Shown here: piece by piece, positions 39,813 to 53,239 of the stretch
Layout: the number at the start of each line of letters is the position of its first letter
Numbering within the stretch: the first letter of the stretch is position 1
Source of the DNA: Zancudomyces culisetae HAW-14-8
Lineage: Eukaryota; Fungi; Kickxellomycota
NCBI GenBank assembly: GCA_052426225.1
Contig: JBNJNM010000006.1
Span: forward strand, 2,852,001 to 2,916,000
DNA: 64,000 nt
Direction of reading: 5' to 3'
Position numbers and translations under genes: made by a program
The notes under the pieces: model-generated
Seen by the model: the letters and a program-made list of their open reading frames with translations, nothing else
Databases searched by the model: none
What the model was told of the DNA's origin: nothing

Positions 39813-42800
39813 CCGGGAAGTTACTATTGGGTAATTCCTATAGCAGATACACAAATAGTAGTGATGTTCCAAAGAAATTTTTAAAATTAATAAAGTTAAC
39901 CAATGAAAACATCGACTACCCAGTATTGGCACTGATCGACTCCGGAGCATCAGCCAATTTTATCTGCGAAAAGTACCTCAAGGAATTAAATCTTCCCACG
40001 GAACGCCTAGACAGACCAGTAGCCGTAGAGACAATAGACGGAAAACCATTGAGCGAAACAGACATCGGTTACAAAGCTCACAGAATCAAACTAACCATTG
40101 GCCAGCACCAGGAATACACAGATCTGTACCCCATAAGATCACAGCATGCCAAGATCATATTAGGTTTATCTTGGTTAAGAAAACACAATCCGAGCATTGA
40201 TTGGCCATCGTTATCCATAAAGATGGACTCCAACTTCTGCAAGGACAGATGCTTACCCAAGACAGAGACACTGAACATGGTATACCGATGCCCAGACCCA
40301 AGCGACGACGAATCAGAAACTAGAAAATCTAAACTAGCCGCAAACCCGTACATCAGAACCAGAGAACTTAAGCCAAGGTACACTAAAGTCGGGTTACCCA
40401 ATGTCGACAAGACCCCATTTTTCGGTAAAAAATGGGCCGAAAAGATTCGAAGCAGCTATTTTTCCGACCTCATGGAACTACAAGAATGCGTGAACCAGGC
40501 TACCAACAAAGCTACCAACAAACAGGAACAGAATACCGATCCAATGCCAAGCCCACCAGTAAACCAGGAACCCGAATCAGAAAGCGACTATTTCTCAGCC
40601 GACGAACCAGAGACAGCCAAGCAAACTGAAGCCAATCAAGCCGAACATGCCGAATTCGAGGAACCGAAACAGCCTGCAGAGACCAAACAAGAAAAACCGC
40701 CACAGATCACCGAAATCTCACCGCCGACACTAGAACCAAAAAACGCCCCGCCAGATACTGCCACGCCCCCAGTAGTGCTCATAAGTCCACCCCCAACAAT
40801 AACTCAATTACCCCGCCAAGACCATCAGAAACACACACTCCAGGAGGAGCCCAGCACTGAAGAACAAGAGATTCCGGAGGTCTACAGTCAATTTATGGAG
40901 GTATTCAGCAAGGAGAAAGCCAATACACTTCCAATGCACAGAAGATACGACTGCCCAATAGACCTAAAACCCGGATCCGAGCCAACATTTGGCCCCATTT
41001 ACAATTTAACGGAACCAGAAAGACGAGAACTGGCAAAATACACAAAGGAAAACTTAGCCAATGGATTCATCAGGAAATCCAAATCTTCAGCAGGAGCTCC
41101 AATCATGTTTATCAAGAAGAAAGATGGATCGCTCAGACTTTGCGTGGACTACAGGAAGCTTAACGAAGCGACAGTAAAGAACCGCTACCCGCTACCCAGA
41201 ATAGATGACTTGCTGGACAGACTTAGAACAGCCAAGATTTTCACCAAGCTGGATCTACGGAACGCCTACCATTTAGTCAGAATCAGAGAAGGCGACGAAT
41301 GGAAAACCGCGTTCAGATGTAGGGAAGGCCACTTCGAGTACCAAGTAATGCCATTCGGGCTTACAAACGCTCCAGCCACGTTCCAACACTTCATCAACGA
41401 CGTACTGAGGGATGTCCTGGACCATTACGCAGTCGCATACCTCGATGATATCTTAGTCTTTTCTAACTCCATGAACGAACACATTGATCATGTGAAATCC
41501 GTACTGGGTAAACTTTTGAGACATAATCTTTATGTCAAAGGGGAAAAATGCGTTTTCCATGTGAACAAGGTTCAATTCTTGGGGCAGGTTATTTCTGACA
41601 AAGGCGTAGAAGCCGACCCAGAAAAGCTAAACAATGTGATGAAATGGGAAACACCCAAAAACAACAAGGACATCCAAACATTTTTAGGTTTCGCTAACTA
41701 TTACCGTAAATTTATACCAGACTTCGCCAAGATGGCAGCCCCACTGTCAAGACTGCTAAAGAAAGTTCAAGGATTTACCTGGACTCAAGAAACGGAAATG
41801 GCCTTTAATGAACTCAAGAGGAATCTGACATCTACCGCAGTGCTCAAATTTCCAGACCCAGACAGACCATTCATAGTAGAAACAGACGCATCGGACTTTG
41901 CAATAGGAGCAGTGCTATCGCAGGAAGACTCGGATGGATCACTAGCACCATGTGCATTCTACTCGAGAAAACTCCAGCAGGCAGAGATCAATTACAACAT
42001 TTTTGACAAGGAATTATTAGCCATAGTCGAAGCCCTAAAGGAATGGAGACACTACCTCGAGGGAGCCAATCACAAGGTGACAATACTTTCGGACCATAAA
42101 AATCTGGAATACTTCAAGACAGCTAAATCACTCAACCGCAGGCACGCTAGGTGGACCATATACCTCAGCAGATACGACTTCACAATTAAGTTCAGACCAG
42201 GGAAAAACAGCGGGAAACCAGATGCGTTGTCTCGAAGAGCAGAATTCAAGGCCAAAGAAGAGCAGAACACGCCGATCATTCCAGCTAAACACTTCCTGAA
42301 CATGATCAGTAGTCCAATCAACTCAATCAGAGAATCCATAGTTCAAATGATAGCAGCAGAGCCAGAAAAGATAAATGAAGAGCTCAACAGCATCAGAAAA
42401 AAATCTCCAACATCAGTCCCGGAGTTCAATGAACAGGCAGGAGTATACTTTATTGACAAAAAGGTATGGGTACCAGAAAGATTAATATTAGATGTGGTCC
42501 GCTCCCGTCACGATTCACTCGTAGCAGGCCATTTCGGAATAGCAAAGACTTTGGATCTTATCAACCGCGATTTCTGGTTTTCAAAGATAAACAAATACGT
42601 CAAAGAATACATTAAATCCTGCGAAATTTGCTCCAGATCCAAGCCCAGCCGCCACAAAAAGTACGGATTACTGCAGCCCCTACCAGTCGCATCCGCTCCC
42701 TGGAAATCAATCACCATGGATTTTGTAACAGACCTACCAAAATCGAAAGGGTGCACAGTTCTAATGGTAGTGGTGGATAGGTTCTCGAAAATGGCGCATT

Positions 42801-43755
42801 TCATCCCGTTGAAAAAACTACCCTCCGCATTAGAAACGGCCGACGCGTTCATAAGAGATATTTTCAGAATACATGGCATGCCAGACGAAATCATTTCGGA
42901 CAGAGGCACGCAGTTTACATCCAGATTCTGGCGCAGTCTGTTCAAACAGCTCGAAGTATCGATAAAACTCTCATCCGCTTTCCACCCAGAAACAGACGGG
43001 CAGACTGAAAGAACTAATCAAACCGTAGAGCAATATCTCAGAATGTACAGCAATTATAAACAAGACAACTGGGCAGACCTCCTCCCACTAGCCGAATTTG
43101 CATATAATAACTCTAATCAAGCTTCCACACTTAAGTCGCCGTTTTTTGCTGTATATGGCTACAACCCAAGAATGGACCCACCTATAGCTAATTCAGACGA
43201 CATCCCACAGGCTCGCGACAAGGTCAAAACAATGGAACGGATCCACAAACAGCTAAAAAAGAACCTATCCAACGCCATTAAAAACCAGAAAAAGTTTGCA
43301 GACAACAAGCGTTCTAATCCCCCAATATTCAAAAGCGGTGACATGGTATGGCTAAATTCAAAAAAATCAAGACCGAAAGACCCTCTCAGAAACTCGATTG
43401 GAAAAAGCTGGGACCGTTCAACGTACTAAAGAAAATTAACCAGGTAACTTACAAACTGGCTCTCCCAGCTAGCATGAAGATCCATAATAGTTTTCACGTT
43501 TCACTGTTAGAACCATACCACGCTAACAAAATTCCCAAGAGAATCCGGCCTCCTCCCCCGCCAATAATCGTAAATAACCGGGAAGAATTGGAAGTAGGCG
43601 AGATTTTGGATAGTAAGATTTCGAGGAAAAAAATTTACTATAAGATCAGATGGAAAGGACAAGGACCTGAAGAGGACACATGGGAACCAGTGGAACACTT
43701 AAACTGTCCCGAACTGGTAGCAAAATTCAACCAAAATACAACAGAAGCAACTTAA
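39788..43755 (+). pseudogene. pol: Pol of element C (-1 frame), with a frameshift in an A-run near 43360 separating the GPF/chromodomain tail
   Basis: LIDSGA, YLDD, TDASD, SDHKNL, integrase; ORF 43348-43755 carries GPF and LEVGEILD...YKIRWKG. Confidence 0.92.
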
Positions 43756-44699
43756 GCAATATCGCAACTAAACATTATTTCACAACAAAACTCACTAGCA
43801 ATAAGGCACCGTACATGGTTATTGGATAAAGGTCCAGAGATTTTAACTGAGTGGGGCGCCGGGAATTGTCACCATATTCTACTTCCCATTGGAACCTAAG
43901 ACCACCCACAGTTCGGACTCCCCTTTATCACTTAACCATTCCGACACAGCAAAAGCTGTTCTTACGCCGAGCTTGAGTTTAAGTGGTGAAATAATATTTA
44001 AACAGCGAATTAAATAATCCGGCCGAAGAAATAATTATTAGAATCGATTTCATTTCGATTTTTGTATGAAAAAACCAAACCCAACAGGAAAATCGATTGT
44101 TTTTATACAACGAACCAAAAAAATTTCCAAATATGGGACATTTGTTGTTCAATTTTTACAAAAAAATTTTTATTTTTTTCACTATTTCCTTAAAGAAATA
44201 ATCAAAAAAAAAAAAAAAAAAAAATTATTTAAAACCTGGGAGAGAGGATAATATAAGGAACTAACCAATAGGAATCATTATCCATTTAATTAGTTAGTAT
44301 ATAAACCTTTACCAAAGCTTACTAGTAAACTTTAAGTCTTTTAATCTCGTTTATTTAGTATCTATACTATTACAATAAAGACAATCATAACAATATTATA
44401 AGAAATAATAATATATAATATTGATAATTTATTAAACAATCTATAAATCCATCATAAACTTGTAATTAAGAAAAATGGTAATATCACTGTTTTAGAACCA
44501 ACAATAAGGTTTTGATAGCAGTGGCATCAGCTACAGGATATTAAGCTTTATCAAGCAAGAGAAGTTATTAATTAAATATTTTATTGAAACGCATGAGTTC
44601 TATTATATACATTTATATTTAATTTAAACAGAAGATTAAAAATTTAAATTAGATGCTAAAAAATTTGATTAATCGTAAAGCTAAACAAATGGAAAACGG

Positions 44700-46685
44700 A
44701 ATATTGGTGAAAATGGTAAAGTTATTTATAGATAAAAGTAAAATATTTAAATATAATTTAGAAAAAAGATTTTAATAACTGGGATGACCTGGAAAAAATG
44801 TAGTTACTAAATTTGTTACAATGTTGTATAGTTAATGTTATAATAACACGAGCCATAAAACAAAACGATTACAAAAGTATTGTGGAATTCGAGAGCAAAC
44901 TTACACATCTCTGGGCTAGTGATAAAATAACTTTTGATGCCACTAAGGTGGTTTAGTTATTAAGTTTAATAGATAACACACTCGGAAGCGTGTGATTGAA
45001 ATAAAATGTAAAGTCTAGGATGAGGTTATAAAAGCCGCACAAAAAGAAACTTTAGTTGAAGTACAACCCTTAAAAAAATGCTCAAGTAGTATCGGCGTTT
45101 ACAAAGTCAACGATATTCAGAAACGCAGTATCGAAGTCGGGTAAACAACTTAAAGCTAAATCCAAAGATACCTTTGCCTATACTCAGCTTGAAAAAGTTT
45201 AATGAGGCAACAGTGAATAATGTTTCTAAGGTTGATGAGGTCGTGGATAAGCATTTGGTAAAAGCTAAAGACAGAAGAAAGTATAATAGTCAGTCACGAA
45301 TAAAGGAGTGTTACATTTGTTAAAATGGGTTTTATATGAAATATGTTAGCCCAACCGAAAGCTACACAAAATCAAATTTACAGCCCTGTGGAAAAGGATA
45401 ATTTTATTAACTTGCTCGACATACCAACAAACGGGAAAAATATTGAGGAAATATATACAATCGAAGATACAAAGTTTGACAATACCTCAGAAAGAAATAC
45501 GAATAGTTATTAGGCAGACCAAGGCTAGAAGAAAACGATACTCATGAACGTCAAGCTGAAAGTACTCAGCGTTATCATAATCTACTAAACAGGAAATATA
45601 GATAACTAACCAAGTCATAAATGCAAATCTAAAAACTTTTTAAAAGTTGTAAAATTAGAAAAAAAGTTTTCTATAATACTTTTTTACAGGATTAGAGGTC
45701 TCGCTGTAACAATTAAATGTATGCATTACACTTTTAAATAATATCGACATTCGCAAATTCAATAAATAATTAAGCCAGATAATAAGGTAACAAACAGTAA
45801 AGTGAGATCCAATATTTTAAATCGACACCTGTGGTCGATTATCGATACAGAGACAGCATGTTGGTTATAACCGCAAGTATGGTGGTAGAATTAGAATTAC
45901 AGGTCCAAGAGCAAACAAGCCGAATGGTAGTGACTGGGTGTCAAAAAACTATTTTATACAAGTTGGGAAACTTAATGTTCTCAAGATAGGATTCAACGGT
46001 TATTAAATATGACTAAAAATTAATATTAAAACTTATGAGTAAATAAGTGTTTTTAACACTGGGCATGATAAAAGGCATTGATAATTGGTGAAAATATAAG
46101 GTGCTCATCTCAAAATTAATAAAGTAGAATTTCTCATCGACCTCGTAGTAATGGATAGAAATGATGACACTCTTATCTTGGGAACCGATTGGATGTTGAG
46201 GCACCAGATTAAGCTAAACATAAAAGCTCAGGAGATGCGTTTACCTATAGAGCAAGCGGGGGTTTCTACAATAGTTTTAACAACTAGTACAAGTCACTAT
46301 ACGAAGAAAAAGCTGAAACATACCTTGTTGTAAAGAACCCATCAAACGTAACAGAGATAACTGAATTCTTAATGTTTAACGAGGTACTTGACCATTATAA
46401 AGATATATTTGTAAATGTCATTTCACAGATAAATAGTACCTAGGTTACTGAGATTAAAATTGAATTGATCGAAGTGAAGCCAATAAAACCAATGCAGTGC
46501 CGCATTTCGCATATGATGCTATTGATGTTAGATTGGAGCTATCAGAAATGGAAAAGCAGGGTGTTTTATCACCATGTGTATCAGAATCGTATTCCCCTAT
46601 TGTTTTAGTTTATAAAAAGAATGGTAAGATGAGGGTATGTGTTGATTATAGAAAAATATATCTGATAAAAAGAAAAGATACTTAC
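44700..46685 (+). pseudogene. Degenerate gypsy family J paralog (gag remnant, protease, RT start)
   Basis: MDRNDDTLILGTDWML, SPIVLVYKKNGKMRVCVDYR; colinear with 26200-28350. Confidence 0.75.
45939..46058 (-). repeat. Old diverged solo LTR of family A
   Basis: aagttgggaaacttaatgttc...ggattcaa core matches the A LTR; TSD CTGGG on both sides. Confidence 0.9.
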
Positions 46686-46979
46686 TGTCAGCACTTGACA
46701 ACTGGGTGATATTATTATTTAATACAAGTTAAAAACTATAGTTAAAGAAAGTTGATATTTTATGCTAAAGAACTTTTACAATAAAATCACTAAGTATTTA
46801 TAGTTTTAAAACTCACTAACAAAATCGAATATAATTTATAGACAATAAAAATCTAGGCATAAAACTAAATAGAACAACTCGATATTAAATATAATTTAAT
46901 ATGGATTTGGGGTTGGGGAATTGAAAAAGAATATTAACAAATTTTGGTTTACTCAAAATGCCATTATTGGATCATGACA
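46686..46979. repeat. LTR distantly related to family F, opposite orientation
   Basis: Ends TGTCAGCACTTGACA...GGATCATGACA resemble the reverse complement of the F ends; no TSD. Confidence 0.55.
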
Positions 46980-48132
46980 ATAGGTTTCTCTTAATGCTTT
47001 TAATTATCTTGAGAAATGGGTAAATAGTGCCAGATTGGGCTTATGCATAATTGTGCAATTAATAGGACAGTGGTAGTTCTTATGTCATGGTAACTGGTCC
47101 GCTAGTTGCTTGTTGAATGCATCACTTAAGTCTGATAATTTTCTGGGAGTATTACGCTTTCTTGATTATCAATCATGTTTGTTGGTGTGATGTTTGTTAG
47201 AATATTTATTATGTGTAATTATTATGTAATTTATAAAGTTTCTTAACATGAGTGTCATCGTAGTATTGGATATTTTACAATTCATAAATTTGCTATTTAT
47301 GGTTCAGGTGTTATCATTGTATACATACTCACGTCTTGATTATACTTGTGTTTATAGAATTTTATCTTGTACTTTCATCGATTTTCTGAATTCCGAATAA
47401 TTTGATGATGATAGACTTGTTGTGTCCATTCCAATAGTAATTTCACTTTCATAGTCTTTTTCAATTAGTTTAGCTCCTCCTTATCTTTATCACCATCTTC
47501 TACCAACAGGTTTAGACTATATTTGTATATTAATATATTATTGTTATCTATGAATACCAATGTTCTTTTCAATGGTGTCACACTTTTCACGATTTTGATT
47601 TTTACCATTGATAATATAGTTAGTATCCTTATTTATTTGGTTGCTTGGTTATGAATACTACTTTAGTTGAGATCATCTGTATGATTTTGTCTTTTAAAAG
47701 TCGTTTGATCGTTAAATTAATTTATATGTTTTTTCCTCATCATCCGTGAATGGTGTGAATTTCTATCTCAATTTTTTACTTCATTTTCGTCCTTAATTTA
47801 ATTTTTGTTTAATTAATAAGATTTTTAAATAAAATGTTTGGATATTGTTAGGTTGGTGTAAGAACAGTGTTTTTCCATTTTTTGGATAAATTTTAAATGA
47901 TTTATGCATATACTTAATAGCTTATAAACTTTATTAGAGTTAGTTAATCTATTGAAATATGGTACATTGTTAGCAAAAATAGTTCTTTTTTCACTTTTAT
48001 TTTATATTTACTATGAAAACAATTATACTTTACTATAATTGTCAAGTTTTACTTAAAATTGTTTTACTATTAGTAAATAGATCAAAATTAAATTATATTG
48101 ATAATGTTTCGTGCTAAGAAATAGTACATGTA

Positions 48133-49695
48133 CAGTGAGTTTCAAAAATGTCTCAAAATAATGAAAATTTTTAATAGTGTAATATCTCGCTCAATATTAT
48201 CCAAAAATTATAAGTTTTTTATAATATATAATGCACAAATGTTATATGTTAATTTTATATAAACTGTAAATTAATTGGATAAAAATTCATTATGAAATTA
48301 TAAATTGAAAAAATTTTAAAAATGAGACAATTTTGGGAAATTTTCAAAAAAAAAATTTAAACTATCATAACTTTATGAATTCAAATTTTAAATTTTTAAA
48401 CTTTCACATATAATAATATATATAATTGTTATACTAATCAAAATAATAATTTTTTAAAAAATGATATCTGAACAACGTAAACTGGATATTAAAAACGCGT
48501 TACTTGAAGGCAGAAGCATTGACCAAATCATTATAGATAATGGAGTTAGTAAAGCAACAATATACAGAATTAAAGCAGCAATGAATATCAATTTACCGGC
48601 TAATAAACGCGGTCGTCCAGCGAAGCTTTCACCCCAAAGCAAGCGAATATGTACTAGGATGATATTATCTGGAGAGTATCGATCTGCTACTTCGATACAA
48701 AAGAAGTTAGAAATGGATAATGTTGTTAGTGCTAGTAAGTCTACAATATATAGGGCTTTTAATGATCTGAAAGCCGTTGCAAAAAAGAAGGCATCCAAAC
48801 CGAAACTGAGACTTAAAAATATAGCAAAAAGGTTATGATTCGCAAAATATCATCACCAATGGACTACTGATGATTGGAGACGAGTAATTTGGTCCGACGA
48901 AACTAAAATCAACCGATTTGGATCTGATGGAAATGAATGGACTTGGGTTCGTGATGGTGTGAGTCTACAGCCGCACAATATTAACCAGACCGTAAAACAC
49001 GGTGGAGGATCATTAATGATTTGGGGATGCATCACAGCATTTGGAACTGGCTACATGTGCCGAATAGTAGGAATGTTAAACAAGGAAGATTATTTAAACA
49101 TTTTAAAAGACGAGCTTAGCAATACAATAAAGTACTACAAGTTGGATCCCAAGTCAATAATATTTCAACATGACAATGATCCTAAACATACCTCAAAGTT
49201 AGTTACATGCTGGCTTGAAAACCAGGAATATAATACATTGGACTGGCCGCCACAATCTCCAGACTTAAACCCAATCGAAACTATATGGGCAATCATCAAA
49301 AGACGCCTAAATAGATACAGTAAACCTCCGTCCGGGATGATCGAATTATGGGAGCGAATAGAAACGGAATGGAATTTAATATCAGTGGAAACTATACTTG
49401 GTCTTATAGATAGTATGTCCAAAACCGTTGAGGCAGTTATCAAGTCTAAAGGATGGTGGACAGAATTTTAAAGTTTTTTTTTGAAAAATTCCCAAAATTG
49501 TCTCATTTTTAAAATTTTTTCAATTTATAATTTTATAATGATTTTATAACCAATAATAATACTAATTATATTAATAATATTATACCAATTGTGCATTAAT
49601 AATATAAAAAATATCTAATTTCTGGATATTATTGAGCGAGATATTACACTTTGAAAATTATTATCATTATTTTGAGACATTTTTGAAACTCACTG
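48133..49695 (+). mobile_element. Tc1-family DNA transposon 1 (DD34E), ~220 bp TIRs, TA TSD
   Basis: TA|CAGTGAGTTTCAAAAATGTCTC ... GAGACATTTTTGAAACTCACTG|TA. Confidence 0.95.
48461..49471 (+). pseudogene. Tc1 transposase with one in-frame TGA (48836-48838)
   Basis: HTH-GRP, WSDETK, QHDNDPKH, SPDLNPIE with 34 residues between D and E; both ORF halves are in the same frame. Confidence 0.92.
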
Positions 49696-50988
49696 TATTT
49701 ATAATTTTAAACTGCTAAATAATACTCCTAATGAATATACCTTTAAAATAATAATCTCAATATTTTATTTAGTTCTATATAGAAAAAATCCGTAGATAAA
49801 TAAAACTAAACTAGAACTTTTATAATATTAAATATACTAATATTAAATCATAACAGATCTATTTTTGGATATGCATGAACATGTATAAAATTAATAAATC
49901 AAGCTAAATTAATTTGTTTGTTAATCCCATAGGGTCTAGGAGCGATCACTGCCACCTTATAACAATATAAATATAGTTTTGAAGTAATGATATCGGTATT
50001 CTAACCAGAATATTTCAGGGTTGTGTAAACTAAACCAAGGTGTTCCTAGTATAAATTTGGATGAGCACTGATTATTAGATCAAAAAAGTTCACTTCGGTG
50101 TAGTAGTCGCAAGAGTTCATGTCAGCGGAGATGTTTTTATTGATATTGTTCCTGAAAGTAGGTTCTACTATCTACCGATTCTGCAGGTATTGCCTGGGTT
50201 TTTTAAGTAGTGTGAATAGAATGGTTGCCTGCAAACTTAATGTTCATAATATTCTTGGTGGCAACTAAATCAATTAAATCAATTATATTATTTTATTCGG
50301 AAATTGACAATAATATTTTGATGAATATGTGGTATTTACAATTAAGTATCAATGATGTTCCAGGTAAGTTAACTGATATTATGGAAAAATCTAGTAAGCT
50401 ATTAATATTGCTTAGTGTATTGTCCAGATGTGAGCCTTCATACGTACTTGGATATTTGCTTTTCCCCTGGAAAATTCTGTTATCTGGCCAGGCCACAACT
50501 AAATGTCGTTATTTTCGCAGTAAACACAATGTTCTAATCTTGGTCGTCTTTCTATATCTTGGTTTATTACTAATTTTTGTAACAAGTCCACCATAATTGA
50601 ATACTCTGTAAAAATATTCATTAAATACTGTGATCTGTTGCTTTGTTCTCATTGGATAATGTGAAGTTTAATGCATGATTTGTGCATTATCATAATTGAT
50701 AATCTTCATTCGAGTGATGTTTGAACAATAAGTATTCTAATAAATAGGATGTTATCTTGCTGATCTTGTTCATAATGGGGCAGCATTATTGTTAGGAATG
50801 GTAAATTCAGGATAATAATTATTGTTTAAACTATATTTAATAATAATGTCTACCAAATAAAATAGTTCATTTTCAGATTTTCACATTATCAAATCGAAGT
50901 AAAATCAAGTTTGTAAAATTTAAAAAGTATTACTACAATATTTGTCGTGAATATTAAAAAATTATATTTAAGAAAATATCCAGATATA

Positions 50989-52603
50989 CAGTGACTCAAA
51001 AAATTGTTCAAATGTTTTAGATGTTCATTAAAAAAACATTATATCTGACGAATACTATATCGTATCACTATAAAATTTACAATCATTATACATCCATATA
51101 CCATGAATTACCTATCAAATTTTTAGAATACTTGAACCAGCCAATCAACTGTAGTTATACTTTTTGTAAGAATATTTTATTTGAACAATTTTTTTGCTAA
51201 TAATAAAAAAATTTATAAACTTAATTAATCTAGTATTTTGTATATCCACTCCTGGCTTTCAATACTGCATTAATTCTTGATGGCATGCAAATGATTAGCG
51301 ACATACACTCGTCACGTGTTATCTTATTCCACTCGTCTTGTACGCGGTCCCAAAGTTCGTTCATCCCTTTAGGTGCATTTTCGTGATCTGACAGCCGTCT
51401 TTTCAAACTGACCCATAGATGTTCAATTGGATTTAGGTCAGGTGACTGTGCTGACCAGTCAAGCACCTGAATTGAGTTAGTTTGCAAGCTTTCTTTAGTA
51501 ATTTTCGCGGTGTGTTTTGGATCGTTATCATGCTGAAAAATTGTACTTTCCCTGTCTAAGTCGTACCACTCCATTGATTTTACCAGTTCGTCTTCAAGAA
51601 TATCACAGTACAATTCTGCATTAAGTCAGAAATCAATTATAGTGCGATATCCTGGGCCTTCTGAAGTCATGCATCCCCATATCATGATTGAACCTCCACC
51701 ATGTTTTATAGTTTTTTTAACATGGTTCGGTTTTAACTGGCTCCGTTGTTTTTTTCAGCACCACATGCGCCCATCTGACCCAAATCTGTTAATTTTAGTC
51801 TCGTCTGGCCATATCACACGTTGCCAGTCTTCTACAGTCCAATGCTGATATTTTTTAGCAAATGCAAGTCGTTGTTTAATATGGCCTAATTTTAGCATAG
51901 GTTTTTTGACCTTAGGTTTTGCACTTAAACCATTTCTATTTAAGCTATTTCGCACATTTTGAGGAACCACAGTTACGATGCCATTATCCTTGAGAAATTT
52001 TGTAGAGTCTGTCGCTGTATCAAATTGCCCAGACGTAATTTTCCGAATTATTAATCGCTCATTAGCTTTTGTCAATTTATTTGGGCTGCCAGGTGATAAT
52101 TTTTTTATTGATGGACGATACTTTTTTTTTATGTTAGATATTGTCCCTTTACTAATAGATAGTTTAGATGCAATTTGGCTATATGAGTATCCATTATCCA
52201 GCAGATTTATAACACTCCAAACTTTTTCATTATTTAGTATTTTCATCGTATTTAAATTGATCAAAAATTTATATTTCTAAACTAAAATTTATTGAGTAGA
52301 TAATTGTGAATTATAACTAGTAACATATATATTTTTATAATGATAGCTAACATTATGAAAAAGATATCATCAAAATTGATAATATTAATTTAAAGCAAAA
52401 AAATTGTTCAAATAAAAAATTTTTACAAAAAGTATAACTACAGTTGATTGGCTGGTTCAAGTATTCTAAAAATTTGATAGGTTATACATGGTATATGGAT
52501 GTATAATGATTGTAAAATTTATAGGGTTACGATATAGTATTCGTCAGATATAATGTTTTTTTAATGAACATCTAAAACATTTGAACAATTTTTTGAGTCA
52601 CTG
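50989..52603 (-). mobile_element. Tc1-family DNA transposon 2 (DD34E), ~210 bp TIRs, TA TSD
   Basis: TA|CAGTGACTCAAAAAATTGTTC ... GAACAATTTTTTGAGTCACTG|TA. Confidence 0.95.
51230..52264 (-). pseudogene. Tc1 transposase with in-frame TGA stops (51755-57 and ~51627)
   Basis: WPDETK, QHDNDPKH, SPDLNPIE; ORF pieces in one frame; the 10518 copy has TGG at the first stop. Confidence 0.9.
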
Positions 52604-53239
52604 TATAAAATATCTAATTTTGATTCTATAAAGTGATTAAATGTATTACATTATCATATTCAGAACTATAAGATAAGGCAAAATCGCGATTTATGCTAAT
52701 TTTTACAAATTATTAATTTATATGTAATATTTGCAATAACTTGGTATATCAATAATATGTTATTATAAGATAATCTAAAACTATGATAAATTGTATACAC
52801 TAATATATGATAAGATGGATAATAATATTTGTTAAAATCAACAAATAAAAATATTAATTTTCTCTTTAATCAGATAATTTAATCTCGTTAGATTATACAT
52901 ATCAAATTTTTAAATCTAAATTTATGACTTTAAGTTTTATCCATAGCAAAAATCAGTGTTGAAAATATTTCAAAGCATTCGTAATTATGTTGGGCATCAT
53001 ACAAAAATTATATATATTTAACACTTTTAATATTATAATATTCTAAAAAATATTTTTAAAATATTAAATTTATACTCACTACTCTCAGATTTAAACTGAT
53101 CATTATTTGTTAAATATTTTGAATACTGTATAATTACATTGATTTAGTCTTATATAAATTTTAAACTTATACTTGATGACACAATATTAAAATGTTAAGA
53201 TATCATTATAGTTAGTGATTATTGATCAAAGAAGTAGTA

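Larger units (their letters stand above)
38728..44392 (+). mobile_element. Ty3/gypsy chromovirus LTR retrotransposon, family C
   Basis: 141 bp LTRs (38728-38868; 44252-44392) with one mismatch, PPT GGGAGAGAGGATAA; both LTRs begin TA rather than TG; no clear TSD. Confidence 0.93.

Noticed and set aside
46980-48130. Further degenerate gag/protease remnants here and at 49700-50980
   Set aside because: Only isolated words (e.g. GTPWFSLHNPEIFW near 50000, minus); boundaries not supportable.
48836-48838. In-frame TGA codons in Tc1 transposases as selenocysteine or recoding
   Set aside because: The paralog at ~10667 has TGG at one such site, positions are not Cys-like, and no SECIS was identified; ordinary nonsense decay is simpler.
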